The notes under the pieces were generated by a model. The model saw nothing but the letters and a program-made list of their open reading frames with translations, did no database searches and was not told the origin of the DNA. The position numbers and the translations under genes were made by a program. A stretch of DNA of 38,559 nt, taken from NCBI GenBank assembly GCA_919901335.1, contig CAKKOZ010000116.1, positions 1 through 38,559 on the forward strand, in the 5' to 3' direction. This DNA is from Nitrospiria bacterium. GTDB taxonomy: Bacteria; Nitrospirota; Nitrospiria; JACQBZ01. Shown piece after piece: positions 8,412-17,159 of the stretch (within the stretch, counting starts at the first letter, position 1; each line of letters opens with the position of its first letter).

Positions 8412-8907
8412 ATATCTTGACCCGCCCCGTAATCGGATTGACCACCAGCGTCAGGACGTTTTCATCCTCGTCCGTCAAATGCAGTGTCGTCTTATCCACC
8501 CGCCCCACGGGATAAAAATCGGTATAGGCCTCTCCCTCCGTCACCTTGCCCTGGTGAAGCGTGTCCGCGTCAACAAACCGGATCGTTCTCGGCAGGGCCG
8601 TGCGCGTCAGACCGGCGGCGGCCAGCGGGGTAAACTCGCCCTCCCCGGATCGGACCGTTGCCCAGTACTCGTGTTGTTTCAGATCATAATTTAAACGGTA
8701 GACCCGCTTCGTGGCCGAGGCACGATCCGAAATAAAATAGACCGTTCGGACCAGATGGCGGGCCGAAAGCTTCAGGTCGTTGCCGCTCAGGCTTCGGATC
8801 GTCGGAAAAGCCAGGATCGCCACCACCCCGAGGATCAGCAGGACAACGGCCAGTTCGAGAAAGGTAAAGCCCTTTTTATTCCAGATTCCAGCTTTCGACA
8901 TCGGCAT
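8374..8907 (-). CDS. gspH: Type II secretion minor pseudopilin GspH
   Basis: Prepilin motif ..WNKKG/FTFLELAVVLLILGVV. 177 aa. Sits between gspG and gspI. Confidence 0.7.
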   Translation of the reverse strand: MPMSKAGIWNKKGFTFLELAVVLLILGVVAILAFPTIRSLSGNDLKLSARHLVRTVYFISDRASATKRVYRLNYDLKQHEYWATVRSGEGEFTPLAAAGLTRTALPRTIRFVDADTLHQGKVTEGEAYTDFYPVGRVDKTTLHLTDEDENVLTLVVNPITGRVKIYDGYREEIGKEA

Positions 8908-9298
8908 CCTTCCCCTCCCCGCCCGGCTCGCCGTCGCCTCCGTAACTGATCAGGTCGTAGTCCCCGTGACCGCCCGGACTGATATAGACGTACTCATGGC
9001 TCCAGGAATCCTTTGGCAGCTTGGGCAGGTACCCGCCCTCCCGCCAGTGCGACGGAATCGCGCCGATCGTGGGTTTCGTGACCAGGGCCGACAGACCCTG
9101 CTCCGTTGAGGGATAAAAACCGTTGTCCAGCTTATACAGATGCAGGCCTTGCTCGATGTTCTTTATTTGGACCATGGCCGCGGTCCGCCGGGCCTCGTCC
9201 GTCCGGCCCATGATTCTGGGGACGACGATCCCGGCCAGCAGCGCCAGGATGAAGACGACCACCATGATCTCGATCAACGTAAATCCGGATTGGCCCAT
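8876..9298 (-). CDS. gspG: Type II secretion major pseudopilin GspG
   Basis: MGQSG/FTLIEIMVVVFILALLAGIVVPRIMG plus a conserved GspG body (..QIKNIEQGLHLYKLDNGFYPSTEQGL..DSWSHEYVY..). I chose ATG 9298. The track start at 9379 would translate through a perfect palindrome and give a 32-aa leader. Confidence 0.9.
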   Translation of the reverse strand: MGQSGFTLIEIMVVVFILALLAGIVVPRIMGRTDEARRTAAMVQIKNIEQGLHLYKLDNGFYPSTEQGLSALVTKPTIGAIPSHWREGGYLPKLPKDSWSHEYVYISPGGHGDYDLISYGGDGEPGGEGKDADVESWNLE

Positions 9299-9320
9299 GG
9301 TGCGGACCCCGCCGATTCCT

Positions 9321-9348
9321 GTAGGGGCGCAGCATGCTGCGCCCCTAC
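9321..9348. repeat. Perfect 28-nt GC-rich palindrome GTAGGGGCGCAGCA|TGCTGCGCCCCTAC
   Basis: Read directly: the two 14-nt arms are exact reverse complements. It lies in the 83-nt gspF-gspG spacer, 22 nt upstream of the gspG ATG. No U-tract follows it on either strand. Confidence 0.9.
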
Positions 9349-9381
9349 GATCTGCAATGGTTGCCATTTGATCAATCATCC

Positions 9382-10635
9382 CTACCTCACGATTTGACTC
9401 AACTCAAAGATCGGAAGAAGAATGGCCATCACGATAAATCCGATGATCGCCCCCATTACAAGAATCATGACCGGCGTGAGGAGGGCCGTCAGTGTGCTGA
9501 TAATGGCCTCCACCTCGTTGTCGTAGGCCTCGGACACCTTGACCAGCATCGGTTCCAGCTCGCCGCTTTTCTCACCGACCGCGATCATGTGGGTCACGAG
9601 CGGGGGAAACATCCCGCTTTTCCGTAGCGGCTCGGCCAGACTCTGGCCCTCGCCGATGTTCTGCCGCGCGCGGTCGATCGCCTCGGCCAGCACCGTATTC
9701 TGCACCACGTTTCGGACCACACCCAGGGCCTGGAGCAGCGGCACGCCACCGGTGAGCAGCGTGCTGAGCGTCCGGGTGAAGCGTGAAATCGCCACCATCA
9801 GGATCACGCGGCCCATGATCGGAACCCGAAGAAGAAACCGATCATACCGCACCCGGCCCTCGGGCGTCTTGATGTATTGCTGAAAACCGAATAGTCCAAG
9901 AAATCCCGCCACGAAAAGAACCCACCAGTACCGGTTCAGGAAATGGCTTACCGCGATCAGGATGACGGTCGGCCAGGGCAGGACCTGGTGCACCTCCTCA
10001 AAGATCTGCGTAATCTTCGGGACAATGAAGGTGACCAGCCCAAACAGAATCAGCCCGCCGATGATCACCATGAAGACGGGATAGGTCAGCGTGGCGATGA
10101 GCTGGGTGCGGAGCTTGACCTGATACTCAAGATAATCAGCCAACCGGAGGAGCATCCCGTCCAGGGTGCCGCTGGCCTCGCCAGCCTTGACCATGTTGAT
10201 GTAGATTTCCGAGAAAACGGCCGGGTATTGCGACAGCGCCGCCGCCAGAGAACTGCCCTCCTTCACCCGCTCGCGGACGCCCGCCACGATCCGTTTCAAC
10301 TCGCCCTTTTCGAGTTGATCCATCAGGGCCGAAAGGGCCTCCATCAGCGGAAACTTCGCGGCGGTCAAGGTCGCGAGATGGCGGGTCATCAGCGCGACCT
10401 CCATCATTCCGGCGCGCTCCGACACCTTAATCCGCGACCGCCAGGACCCCGCCGGCACGGCCGGCTCCGCCGAGCTGAAGCCGTACGCCGCCTCGCCGGC
10501 GCCTTCCACGACATCGGTGGGATAGATCCCGGACTGGCGCAGTTTGACCCGCGCAGTCTTCGGGCTGTCCGCATCAATGATGCCGGAGACGTCCCGGCCT
10601 TGGGTCGTCAGCCCCTTGTACTCATACACCGGCAT
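9382..10635 (-). CDS. gspF: Type II secretion inner-membrane platform protein GspF
   Basis: MPVYEYKGLTTQGRDVSGIIDADSPKTARVKLRQSGIYPT is the classic GspF N-terminus. Two repeated GspF domains and 3 TM segments. 417 aa. Confidence 0.9.
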   Translation of the reverse strand: MPVYEYKGLTTQGRDVSGIIDADSPKTARVKLRQSGIYPTDVVEGAGEAAYGFSSAEPAVPAGSWRSRIKVSERAGMMEVALMTRHLATLTAAKFPLMEALSALMDQLEKGELKRIVAGVRERVKEGSSLAAALSQYPAVFSEIYINMVKAGEASGTLDGMLLRLADYLEYQVKLRTQLIATLTYPVFMVIIGGLILFGLVTFIVPKITQIFEEVHQVLPWPTVILIAVSHFLNRYWWVLFVAGFLGLFGFQQYIKTPEGRVRYDRFLLRVPIMGRVILMVAISRFTRTLSTLLTGGVPLLQALGVVRNVVQNTVLAEAIDRARQNIGEGQSLAEPLRKSGMFPPLVTHMIAVGEKSGELEPMLVKVSEAYDNEVEAIISTLTALLTPVMILVMGAIIGFIVMAILLPIFELSQIVR

Positions 10636-10641
10636 CGCCCG

Positions 10642-12354
10642 TTACCCCATCACCAATTCTTCTTGCGTGACTCGAAGAATTTCTTCCAGGGTCGTGATGC
10701 CATTCACCACTTTTCGGGCGCCGTCGTCCCGAAGCGTCCGCATTCCTTTTTCGATCGCCCGGTTCTTGATCTGATTGGAATCCGTCTTGGCCAGGATCAT
10801 CTGCCGGATCTCATCATTGATCAAAAGAATCTCGTAGATGCCGGTCCGGCCGTGGTATCCGGTCCGCATGCATTCGGCGCACCCGGTCGCGCGGTAGAAG
10901 GTCGGCCGCGCCGGCCCGGTCTTGAAACCCAGCTTGGCCAGTTCTTCCGGCACGGGCGTGTAGGCCTGCCGGCAGTGCGGACAGACGCACCGCACCAATC
11001 GCTGCGCGATGATCGCCGCCACGGAGGAGGAAACGAGAAAAGGCTCGATTCCCATGTCGATCAGCCGGGTAATGGCGCCCGCCGTGTCGTTGGTATGAAG
11101 CGTTGAGAAAACGAGGTGGCCGGTCAGCGAGGCATGGATCGCAATCTCGGCCGTCTCGGCGTCCCGGATTTCGCCCACCATGATCACGTCCGGGTCCTGA
11201 CGGAGAATGGACCGGAGGCCGTTGGCGAACGTCAGGTTGATCTTGGGGTTGACCTGCATCTGCCCGATGCCCTTCAGCTGGTACTCGATGGGGTCCTCGA
11301 TCGTGATGATATTTTTGTCGGGAGAATTGATCCGGCTCAGCGCCGAGTACAGTGTCGTGGTCTTGCCGCTGCCGGTCGGCCCGGTCACAAGCACGATGCC
11401 GTGGCTGAGTTGGATCAGATGGAGCAGGGTCTGCCGTTCTTCCACCGTCAGACCGATGTCCTCGAGATTTAGAAGGCTGGTGCTCTTGTCCAGAAGCCTC
11501 AGCACCACCCGCTCGCCGTGGGCCGTGGGGATCACCGAAACGCGAATGTCGACATCCCGGCCGGCGATCTTGATTCCGATCCGGCCGTCCTGAGGCAGAC
11601 GCTTCTCGGCGATATTCAGACCGGCCATGATCTTGACGCGGGAGATGATGCTGGACTGGAAGCGTTTGGGCGGCGATAAGATCTTATATAGGATGCCGTC
11701 GATCCGGTACCGGATCTCGAGATCCCGTTCAAACGGCTCGATGTGAATATCGCTCGCCCGGTCTTTGACCGCCTGGAACAGCGTCGAGTTCACCAGCCGG
11801 ATGATCGGCGCCTCGTCCGTTGCCTCTAAAAGATCCACCGGCTCCTGAAGCTCGCTGGCCAGGAGGTCCAGGCTTTCGGCACTCAAGTCTTCGATCACCT
11901 GCTGCGCCGTGTCCGAAACGCGGTCGTAGACCTGATTGATGCAGTGTAAAATCGCCTTGGCCGGAACCAGGACGGCTTGGACGTCGCGTCCCAGCAGCGC
12001 CCGGGCATCGTCCAGGGCGGCGAGGTGGAGCGGGTTGGCCGCAGCCATCATCACGCGGCCGTTTTCCTCACGGATCGGAAGGATCTCGTATCGCTTGGCA
12101 AACCCGATCGGGATTTTAGCGAGGAGCGCCGGATCCACCTGGGCCGGCAGGAGATCGGGGAGATAGGGAAGATGAAACTGAAGGCTCAGGGCCTCCAGCA
12201 CCTCGCCCCCCTTTGCCGCGCGCATCCGGATCAGGATTTCGCCGAGCCGCCCTTCTTTTTCCTGCTGAAGGCTCAGGGCCTCGCGGATCTGCTCGGCCGA
12301 AACGGCAAACTTGTCCTGGAGGATTTGACCGATACGCTGCCACGGGCTGGACAT
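10642..12354 (-). CDS. gspE: Type II secretion ATPase GspE
   Basis: Walker A VTGPTGSGKTTTLY. Asp/His boxes. Tetracysteine CPHC...CAEC. N-terminal T2SSE_N/MshEN-like helices. Confidence 0.9.
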   Translation of the reverse strand: MSSPWQRIGQILQDKFAVSAEQIREALSLQQEKEGRLGEILIRMRAAKGGEVLEALSLQFHLPYLPDLLPAQVDPALLAKIPIGFAKRYEILPIREENGRVMMAAANPLHLAALDDARALLGRDVQAVLVPAKAILHCINQVYDRVSDTAQQVIEDLSAESLDLLASELQEPVDLLEATDEAPIIRLVNSTLFQAVKDRASDIHIEPFERDLEIRYRIDGILYKILSPPKRFQSSIISRVKIMAGLNIAEKRLPQDGRIGIKIAGRDVDIRVSVIPTAHGERVVLRLLDKSTSLLNLEDIGLTVEERQTLLHLIQLSHGIVLVTGPTGSGKTTTLYSALSRINSPDKNIITIEDPIEYQLKGIGQMQVNPKINLTFANGLRSILRQDPDVIMVGEIRDAETAEIAIHASLTGHLVFSTLHTNDTAGAITRLIDMGIEPFLVSSSVAAIIAQRLVRCVCPHCRQAYTPVPEELAKLGFKTGPARPTFYRATGCAECMRTGYHGRTGIYEILLINDEIRQMILAKTDSNQIKNRAIEKGMRTLRDDGARKVVNGITTLEEILRVTQEELVMG

Positions 12355-12362
12355 GGATGAGA

Positions 12363-13868
12363 CTACCTCATATCCTGTGGCAGGTTGATGCTGTTCAAGA
12401 ATTGCTCACTCAGCGTCTGATTTCTAAATGCCCCTTCGGATATCGTCCGTTTCATGGCCTCGCCCTTTTGCCGTCGCAGCGCGTCCAGGTCCTGGCTGTC
12501 ATGCACGATATGCGGCGTGAGAAAGATGAGGAGATTCGTCTTGCTAATCCGTTTCGACTGAAATTTAAACAACCATCCGATCAACGGAATGTCCCCCAGA
12601 AGCGGGATTTTTCGATCGACTTTACTCACATCATCCCGCATCAATCCGCCGATCACGACCGTCTGCTTGTCAGCCACGATGACCGTCGTCGTCGTTTCCC
12701 GCTTGTTGGTGGTCGGTCCGAGCTCAATCAGAACCGACTGCGGGGTCTCGGCCAGACTCGAGATCTCCTGACGGATATCCATCTTGACCCGATCCCCTTC
12801 CATAATTTCCGGGGTGAGTTCCAGTTGAACCCCGACGTTTTCCCGTGTCACGTTTCGCTGGGTGACCCCGCCCGTCGTCTGACCGGTGCTGCTTACAAAG
12901 GGCACGTTTTGACCGACCAGGAGCTTGGCCTTCTGGTTGTTCATCGTCAGGATCTGGGGCATGGACAGGACGTTGACGTCCGATGCGCTCTGCAACGCCT
13001 TCAAAAGCACCTTGACATTGACGGTGCTGACGCCGATATCGATACCCGAGAGGTCCGTCAGGCCCGCGATATCCTCGGGCGCCTGGTTAAATCCGCCGAA
13101 GGCCGTGACATCCTGATTGTCCGATTGGTAACCGGCAATCACCCCCAGCTCCGTTCCCAGCTCCTTGAGTTTATCCTGGCTGACCTCCATGATGACGGCT
13201 TCGACATAAACCTGGCGTCGCCGGACGTCCAGTTTCCCGATCACCTCTTTGAGCATTTCGTAATCGCGCGGGGAGGCCGTGATCAACAGGGCATTGGTCG
13301 CTTTATCCGGGATAATCTGGATCGGGCCCTCGAACTCTCCCGGCGACCGGATCACCGGACGGCCGGCTGCCGGCGGGCCGCCGGTCCGCGTCACCAGGCC
13401 GGCGAGCAGTTTCGCCGTCTCCTCGGCGCCGGCATTCTCAAGATAGTAAACATTAATATTCCGCTCCGGCGGGACATCCGATGCCGGAAGGATCTGAACC
13501 ATATCGCCGGATGCGACGGCCGCAAACCCCTTGATGTCCAGAACGGATAGGAAAACCTGGTAGACCTTGTCCACGGAAATTTTGGTGGGTGAAAAGATCG
13601 TCACCTTGCCCCGCACGCGTTCATCAATAATAAAATTCTTGCCGATGATTTCGCTGATGAACTTCACAAAAACCGGCAGGTCGACGTTATTGAAATCGAG
13701 GGTGATCAGCCGTTCTCTGACCAGCTTGGGCAGCTCCGAAATCAGAGGAGGGAGCGGCTGGACCACGGGGGCTTCCGGCGGTTGAGCGACGACCGGTCGG
13801 ACCGGAGTCATCAAAAAAAACAGGCCGACGAACAGCCCGAGAAGCAGCGGACGATTATCGAATCTCAT
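12363..13868 (-). CDS. gspD: Secretin GspD (compact, 501 aa)
   Basis: Signal peptide. N0-like region (ITLDFNNVDLPVFVKFISEIIGKNFII...). One further N-type domain. The secretin core then runs from VYVEAVIMEVSQDKL to NLLIFLTPHIV. Confidence 0.9.
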   Translation of the reverse strand: MRFDNRPLLLGLFVGLFFLMTPVRPVVAQPPEAPVVQPLPPLISELPKLVRERLITLDFNNVDLPVFVKFISEIIGKNFIIDERVRGKVTIFSPTKISVDKVYQVFLSVLDIKGFAAVASGDMVQILPASDVPPERNINVYYLENAGAEETAKLLAGLVTRTGGPPAAGRPVIRSPGEFEGPIQIIPDKATNALLITASPRDYEMLKEVIGKLDVRRRQVYVEAVIMEVSQDKLKELGTELGVIAGYQSDNQDVTAFGGFNQAPEDIAGLTDLSGIDIGVSTVNVKVLLKALQSASDVNVLSMPQILTMNNQKAKLLVGQNVPFVSSTGQTTGGVTQRNVTRENVGVQLELTPEIMEGDRVKMDIRQEISSLAETPQSVLIELGPTTNKRETTTTVIVADKQTVVIGGLMRDDVSKVDRKIPLLGDIPLIGWLFKFQSKRISKTNLLIFLTPHIVHDSQDLDALRRQKGEAMKRTISEGAFRNQTLSEQFLNSINLPQDMR

Positions 13869-14721
13869 AGGAGAACGACTCTTTTTGGTTGTTCCGCATC
13901 AGATCCATTGTGATACTGGATTCGTCCTTGAGCTGGTTGAAGACCTGCATGAAGGTCTGCGGATCCTTCACCTCGATTCCGTTGATGCGCTGGATCACAT
14001 CGCCGTTTTTAAGCCCGATCCGCTCATAGAAACTGGCGGACGAGATTGAGACGACCCGAAAACCGTCGCTTTTTCCATCCGGGCTCAAGTTCGGCACCAC
14101 GCGGGCTTTCGTCATAAGCTGCGGCAGATTTTCCAGTGCGGCCGTCACTTCCTGCTTATCCAGAACCCAGCTGTTCTGAGCTCCGGCCGGACGGGGCGCC
14201 GTTGTCGGAACCGGCATCGCGGTCGGAAGCGTCGCCGTCTGACCGGGGGCGCCTTCTTCCTCAACCGTCAAGGTCTCCCGGATATCCCCGCGTAGAAACG
14301 TGACCTCGTTTCGGGTCACCTCGATCAGCTTGGCATCCGTTCCGACGATATCCTCGATATGATAAAGACGCTGCTCCTTCGTCCCCAGATCCTCGATCAC
14401 GGCCAGGGATTCCTCCGGCTCTCCCACGATCGTCCCGACCAAGCGGACGCGGAGCGGCGGGAGTTGAACCGGCGGGGGCGCCTCCTCCGGGCCGGCGATG
14501 GTCGCGGACGGTTTGATTCCGAAGATATTCCGGTCCACGATGGACGAGTAGATTTCGGCCATCGGTTTCACCTGCGCCTCGGTCGTAGCGACCCACTCCA
14601 TCGCGGGCGAATGGGCCGGCAATTCCAATTGTCGGCCGATAAACAGACTCACCAGATCGGCCACAAAATAACTGAAGCCCAGCAGGAACAGGACATGGAC
14701 GGTCCAAAGATATCGTTTCAT
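13855..14721 (-). CDS. gspC: Type II secretion protein GspC with C-terminal PDZ domain
   Basis: I chose the start MKRYLWTV at 14721 because a GGAGG lies 8 nt upstream. The track TTG start at 14736 is made of that SD. N-terminal TM helix. C-terminal PDZ-like GFRVVSISSASFYERIGLKNGDVIQRINGIEV. The gene overlaps the gspD start by 14 nt. Confidence 0.75.
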   Translation of the reverse strand: MKRYLWTVHVLFLLGFSYFVADLVSLFIGRQLELPAHSPAMEWVATTEAQVKPMAEIYSSIVDRNIFGIKPSATIAGPEEAPPPVQLPPLRVRLVGTIVGEPEESLAVIEDLGTKEQRLYHIEDIVGTDAKLIEVTRNEVTFLRGDIRETLTVEEEGAPGQTATLPTAMPVPTTAPRPAGAQNSWVLDKQEVTAALENLPQLMTKARVVPNLSPDGKSDGFRVVSISSASFYERIGLKNGDVIQRINGIEVKDPQTFMQVFNQLKDESSITMDLMRNNQKESFSYEIR

Positions 14722-14743
14722 GGTGAGTGCCTCCAAAGTGGGT

Positions 14744-14774
14744 ATAATCTGTCATATTTCAAATGGTTTGTCAA
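14744..14774 (-). promoter_or_regulatory. Weak candidate promoter for the gsp operon
   Basis: On the minus strand there is a consensus -35 TTGACA (14774..14769). The only acceptable -10 is GATTAT (14749..14744) at a suboptimal 19-nt spacing. The -35 sits inside a small palindrome TTGTC-AACA-GACAA. Confidence 0.25.
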
Positions 14775-14793
14775 CAGACAATGCTCATCGCCG

Positions 14794-14822
14794 TTGACTC
14801 TCCACCCTGCGTGTGATATAAC
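14794..14822 (+). promoter_or_regulatory. Sigma70-type promoter for the ABC1-kinase gene
   Basis: TTGACT (14794-14799), 17-nt spacer, TG-n-TATAAC extended -10 (14814-14822). An AAGGAG SD (14837-14842) lies 6 nt before the GTG start at 14849. Confidence 0.55.
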
Positions 14823-14848
14823 CCAACCACCTTGATAAGGAGCGCTTC

Positions 14849-16492
14849 GTGTCATCCCGTTCCTGGCTGGGCCTGCGGGTCATCCGGATACTTCTTTTTG
14901 TGTTGGGTGCCGCCGCCTCGTACCGCATTCATTATGGGTGCTCCCCCTTTTACGGCGAGGAAACCCTCCGGCGGCGGCGCTCCCGGCTCCATCAAAAGAA
15001 GGCCGACCGGCTTCTCCGTCTGGCGATCGAACTCAAGGGAATCCTGATCAAACTGGGACAGTTCCTGAGCGCCCGCGTGGATCTCCTGCCGGAGGAGTAC
15101 ACCCGGATCCTGGCCCAGCTTCAAGATGCCGTCCCCCCGGCCGACTTCACCCTCATCAAGCAACGCCTTCGGGACGACCTGGGGAAAAATCCTGAAGAGG
15201 TATTCTCCGTCTTTAACGAAACACCGATCGCGGCCGCCTCGCTCGGGCAGGTCCATGAGGCTGTCCTCAAAGACGGCCGACGGGTCGCGGTCAAGATTCA
15301 GTATCCCGGCATCCGGAGAATCGTCGAGGCCGATCTTCGCGCGGCCCGGTGGGCCTCCTGGTTTCTGCAGCGGTTCCTCCGCCGGATCCGCTTCGACATC
15401 CTCTACCAGGAATTCTCCCGCATCCTCCATCAGGAGCTGGACTATATTCAGGAAGCGCGAAACGCCGAGCGATTTTATCAGAACTTCGACGGGGACGACC
15501 GGATCGTCGTCCCAAAAGTAATATGGGACTACACCACGCCGCATGTCCTGACGCTGGAATTTGTGGAGGGAATCAAGATCACCGAGTTTGAAACGATCCG
15601 GGCCGCCGGCGTGGAGCTCCCGGCACTGGCGCGGCTGCTGATGGAGTCCTACATGAAGCAGCTCTTCGCCCATCGGTTTCTTCACGGCGACCCGCATCCC
15701 GGCAACCTGTTTGTCCGGCCCGGCCGGACTCCCGAGGCCGGACCGATCCTGGTCTTCGTCGATTTCGGCCTGATGCAGCCCCTGACCCCCGCCGTACGGG
15801 AGGGCATCAAGACCACCGTGGGCGGCATCATGGATCGGGATATCCCCCGGATCGCCCAAGGCCTGTTCGACCTCGGCTTCATCGACCGCACCGGCGACCG
15901 CCGGGCGATCGAACAAATCGCGGCCTTCTTCATCGAGAAATACCGCGACATCTCGCCCAAGTCCTTCCGCGAAATCGGGATCGGCGACATCGCCCACGAC
16001 CTGCAGCAGATCTTCAGCCTTTCCTCGGCCATTCAGATCCCCAATAACTTCATCCTGATCTGGCGGACGCTGGGGATGCTCAACGGAATCAACTCCAGGC
16101 TCGATCCGAATCTGAACATCATCGAGCTGGCCAAACTCTACGCCGTTCCGTTCATCCGATCGGAAGAGGGCTGGTTCGACCGGCTCTGGAAGACGGGACA
16201 AGGGGTGGGCGGGTCTCTGCTGGCGCTGCCCAAGGCGCTGGAGACCTTTCTGGTCATGGCCAATCGAGGTGAGTTCCAAACCAAGATGTCATCGGAGGAT
16301 GTCACCGGCGCTTTGTTGAGGCTGTACCGGTTGGTCTATCGCACGATCCTGGGCGCTTTCTTCCTGGCCTTGCTGGTCATCGCCCGATATTTTGAGCATC
16401 GAGGGGATGGGCTCGAAAGCCGGACGGCGGCCGCCGCCGCAATGGTCATGGGCATCCTACTGGGATGGTCATTGCTGAACGATCGCCGATGA
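14849..16492 (+). CDS. ABC1/UbiB/AarF-family atypical protein kinase
   Basis: Motifs LIKLGQFLSARVDLLPEEY, AAASLGQVHEAVL, VAVKIQYPGI and HGDPHPGNLFV. Two C-terminal TM helices. GTG start with a good SD. Confidence 0.85.
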   Translation: MSSRSWLGLRVIRILLFVLGAAASYRIHYGCSPFYGEETLRRRRSRLHQKKADRLLRLAIELKGILIKLGQFLSARVDLLPEEYTRILAQLQDAVPPADFTLIKQRLRDDLGKNPEEVFSVFNETPIAAASLGQVHEAVLKDGRRVAVKIQYPGIRRIVEADLRAARWASWFLQRFLRRIRFDILYQEFSRILHQELDYIQEARNAERFYQNFDGDDRIVVPKVIWDYTTPHVLTLEFVEGIKITEFETIRAAGVELPALARLLMESYMKQLFAHRFLHGDPHPGNLFVRPGRTPEAGPILVFVDFGLMQPLTPAVREGIKTTVGGIMDRDIPRIAQGLFDLGFIDRTGDRRAIEQIAAFFIEKYRDISPKSFREIGIGDIAHDLQQIFSLSSAIQIPNNFILIWRTLGMLNGINSRLDPNLNIIELAKLYAVPFIRSEEGWFDRLWKTGQGVGGSLLALPKALETFLVMANRGEFQTKMSSEDVTGALLRLYRLVYRTILGAFFLALLVIARYFEHRGDGLESRTAAAAAMVMGILLGWSLLNDRR

Positions 16493-16504
16493 GCCGGACC
16501 TGTT

Positions 16505-16711
16505 GTGCCTTTATTAAAGGACGGCTCTTCACGCGTGCGCTCGGCCACGGCCCGCGCGCTGGGGATGGCTGCGGGATCGGACGTCCTGCCCGCGCTGGCA
16601 GAACGGTTGCAGGATGACGAGTTGCCGGTGCGCTGCTACGCCGCCGGCGCCCTATTACGGATTATGGATGAACATCATCGGAGGATGGAAACAGATGAAA
16701 ACGTTCTTTAA
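16505..16711 (+). CDS. Small HEAT-repeat (PBS-lyase type) protein, possibly a gene remnant
   Basis: Two HEAT-like repeats (DGSSRVRSATARALG ... LQDDELPVRCYAAGALLRI). GTG start with no clear SD. Only 68 aa. Confidence 0.45.
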   Translation: MPLLKDGSSRVRSATARALGMAAGSDVLPALAERLQDDELPVRCYAAGALLRIMDEHHRRMETDENVL

Positions 16712-17147
16712 ATTAATCGCCGTCGTTCTTGTGCTGGCCGCCGTGTTCGGCGCCGGAACTCTGATGGATTCGTTACGAATGGAAAAGCTGGACCGGATGC
16801 TGGCCGCGGCCAAGTCCGAAATGACGACGAAAGTGTCCGGGCTGGAAGGCGAGATTCGCTCGTTGCGATTCCGAATGCAACTCACCGCGGCGCGCGACCG
16901 CCTGGCCGCGGCCGAGAACAACATTAAGGAACGGAATTTTGGAACGGCCGAGAAGGAACTGGAATCGGCCAAGGAGAAACTTCACGCGGCCGCCAAAATG
17001 ACTTCGGAAGAGACCGGAGAAACACTGACCGGGCTGGAAGGATCGATCGATGGCGTGATCAACGTCGTACGCCGATCCGACCCGCGGGCCAAGGTCACGC
17101 TGGACGCGGTGAAGACCGGCCTGGACCAATTGATTGAAAAATCATGA
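16695..17147 (+). CDS. Membrane-anchored coiled-coil protein, unknown function
   Basis: I chose ATG 16695 (MKTFFKLIAVVLVLAAVFGAG), which has a GGAGGA SD upstream. The rest of the protein is heptad-like and helical. No family recognised. Confidence 0.6.
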   Translation: MKTFFKLIAVVLVLAAVFGAGTLMDSLRMEKLDRMLAAAKSEMTTKVSGLEGEIRSLRFRMQLTAARDRLAAAENNIKERNFGTAEKELESAKEKLHAAAKMTSEETGETLTGLEGSIDGVINVVRRSDPRAKVTLDAVKTGLDQLIEKS

Positions 17148-17159
17148 GCCCGTCTTAAA

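Noticed and set aside
8876-9379. Long form of gspG with a 32-aa leader (MIDQMATIADRRGAACCAPTGIGGVRT...)
   Set aside because: It would translate through a perfect 28-nt palindrome and give an implausibly long prepilin leader. The internal ATG at 9298 gives the canonical MGQSG/FTLIE.
9943-11106. 387-aa plus-strand ORF opposite gspF/gspE
   Set aside because: Shadow ORF that spans a gene boundary on the opposite strand. No motifs.
12213-13550. 445-aa plus-strand ORF opposite gspD/gspE
   Set aside because: Shadow ORF. The secretin frame is clearly the real one.
14743-14748. Perfect TATAAT on the plus strand in the gspC-kinase intergenic region
   Set aside because: There is no acceptable -35 at 16-19 nt. 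The TTGACT-17-TATAAC promoter 50 nt downstream is a much better fit for the kinase gene.
14852-16279. 475-aa minus-strand ORF covering most of the ABC1-kinase gene
   Set aside because: It is an antisense shadow ORF. It is Arg/Gly/Asp/Pro-rich with no motifs, whereas the plus frame carries unambiguous ABC1 kinase motifs, an SD and a promoter. Long stop-free antisense frames are expected in GC3-rich genes.
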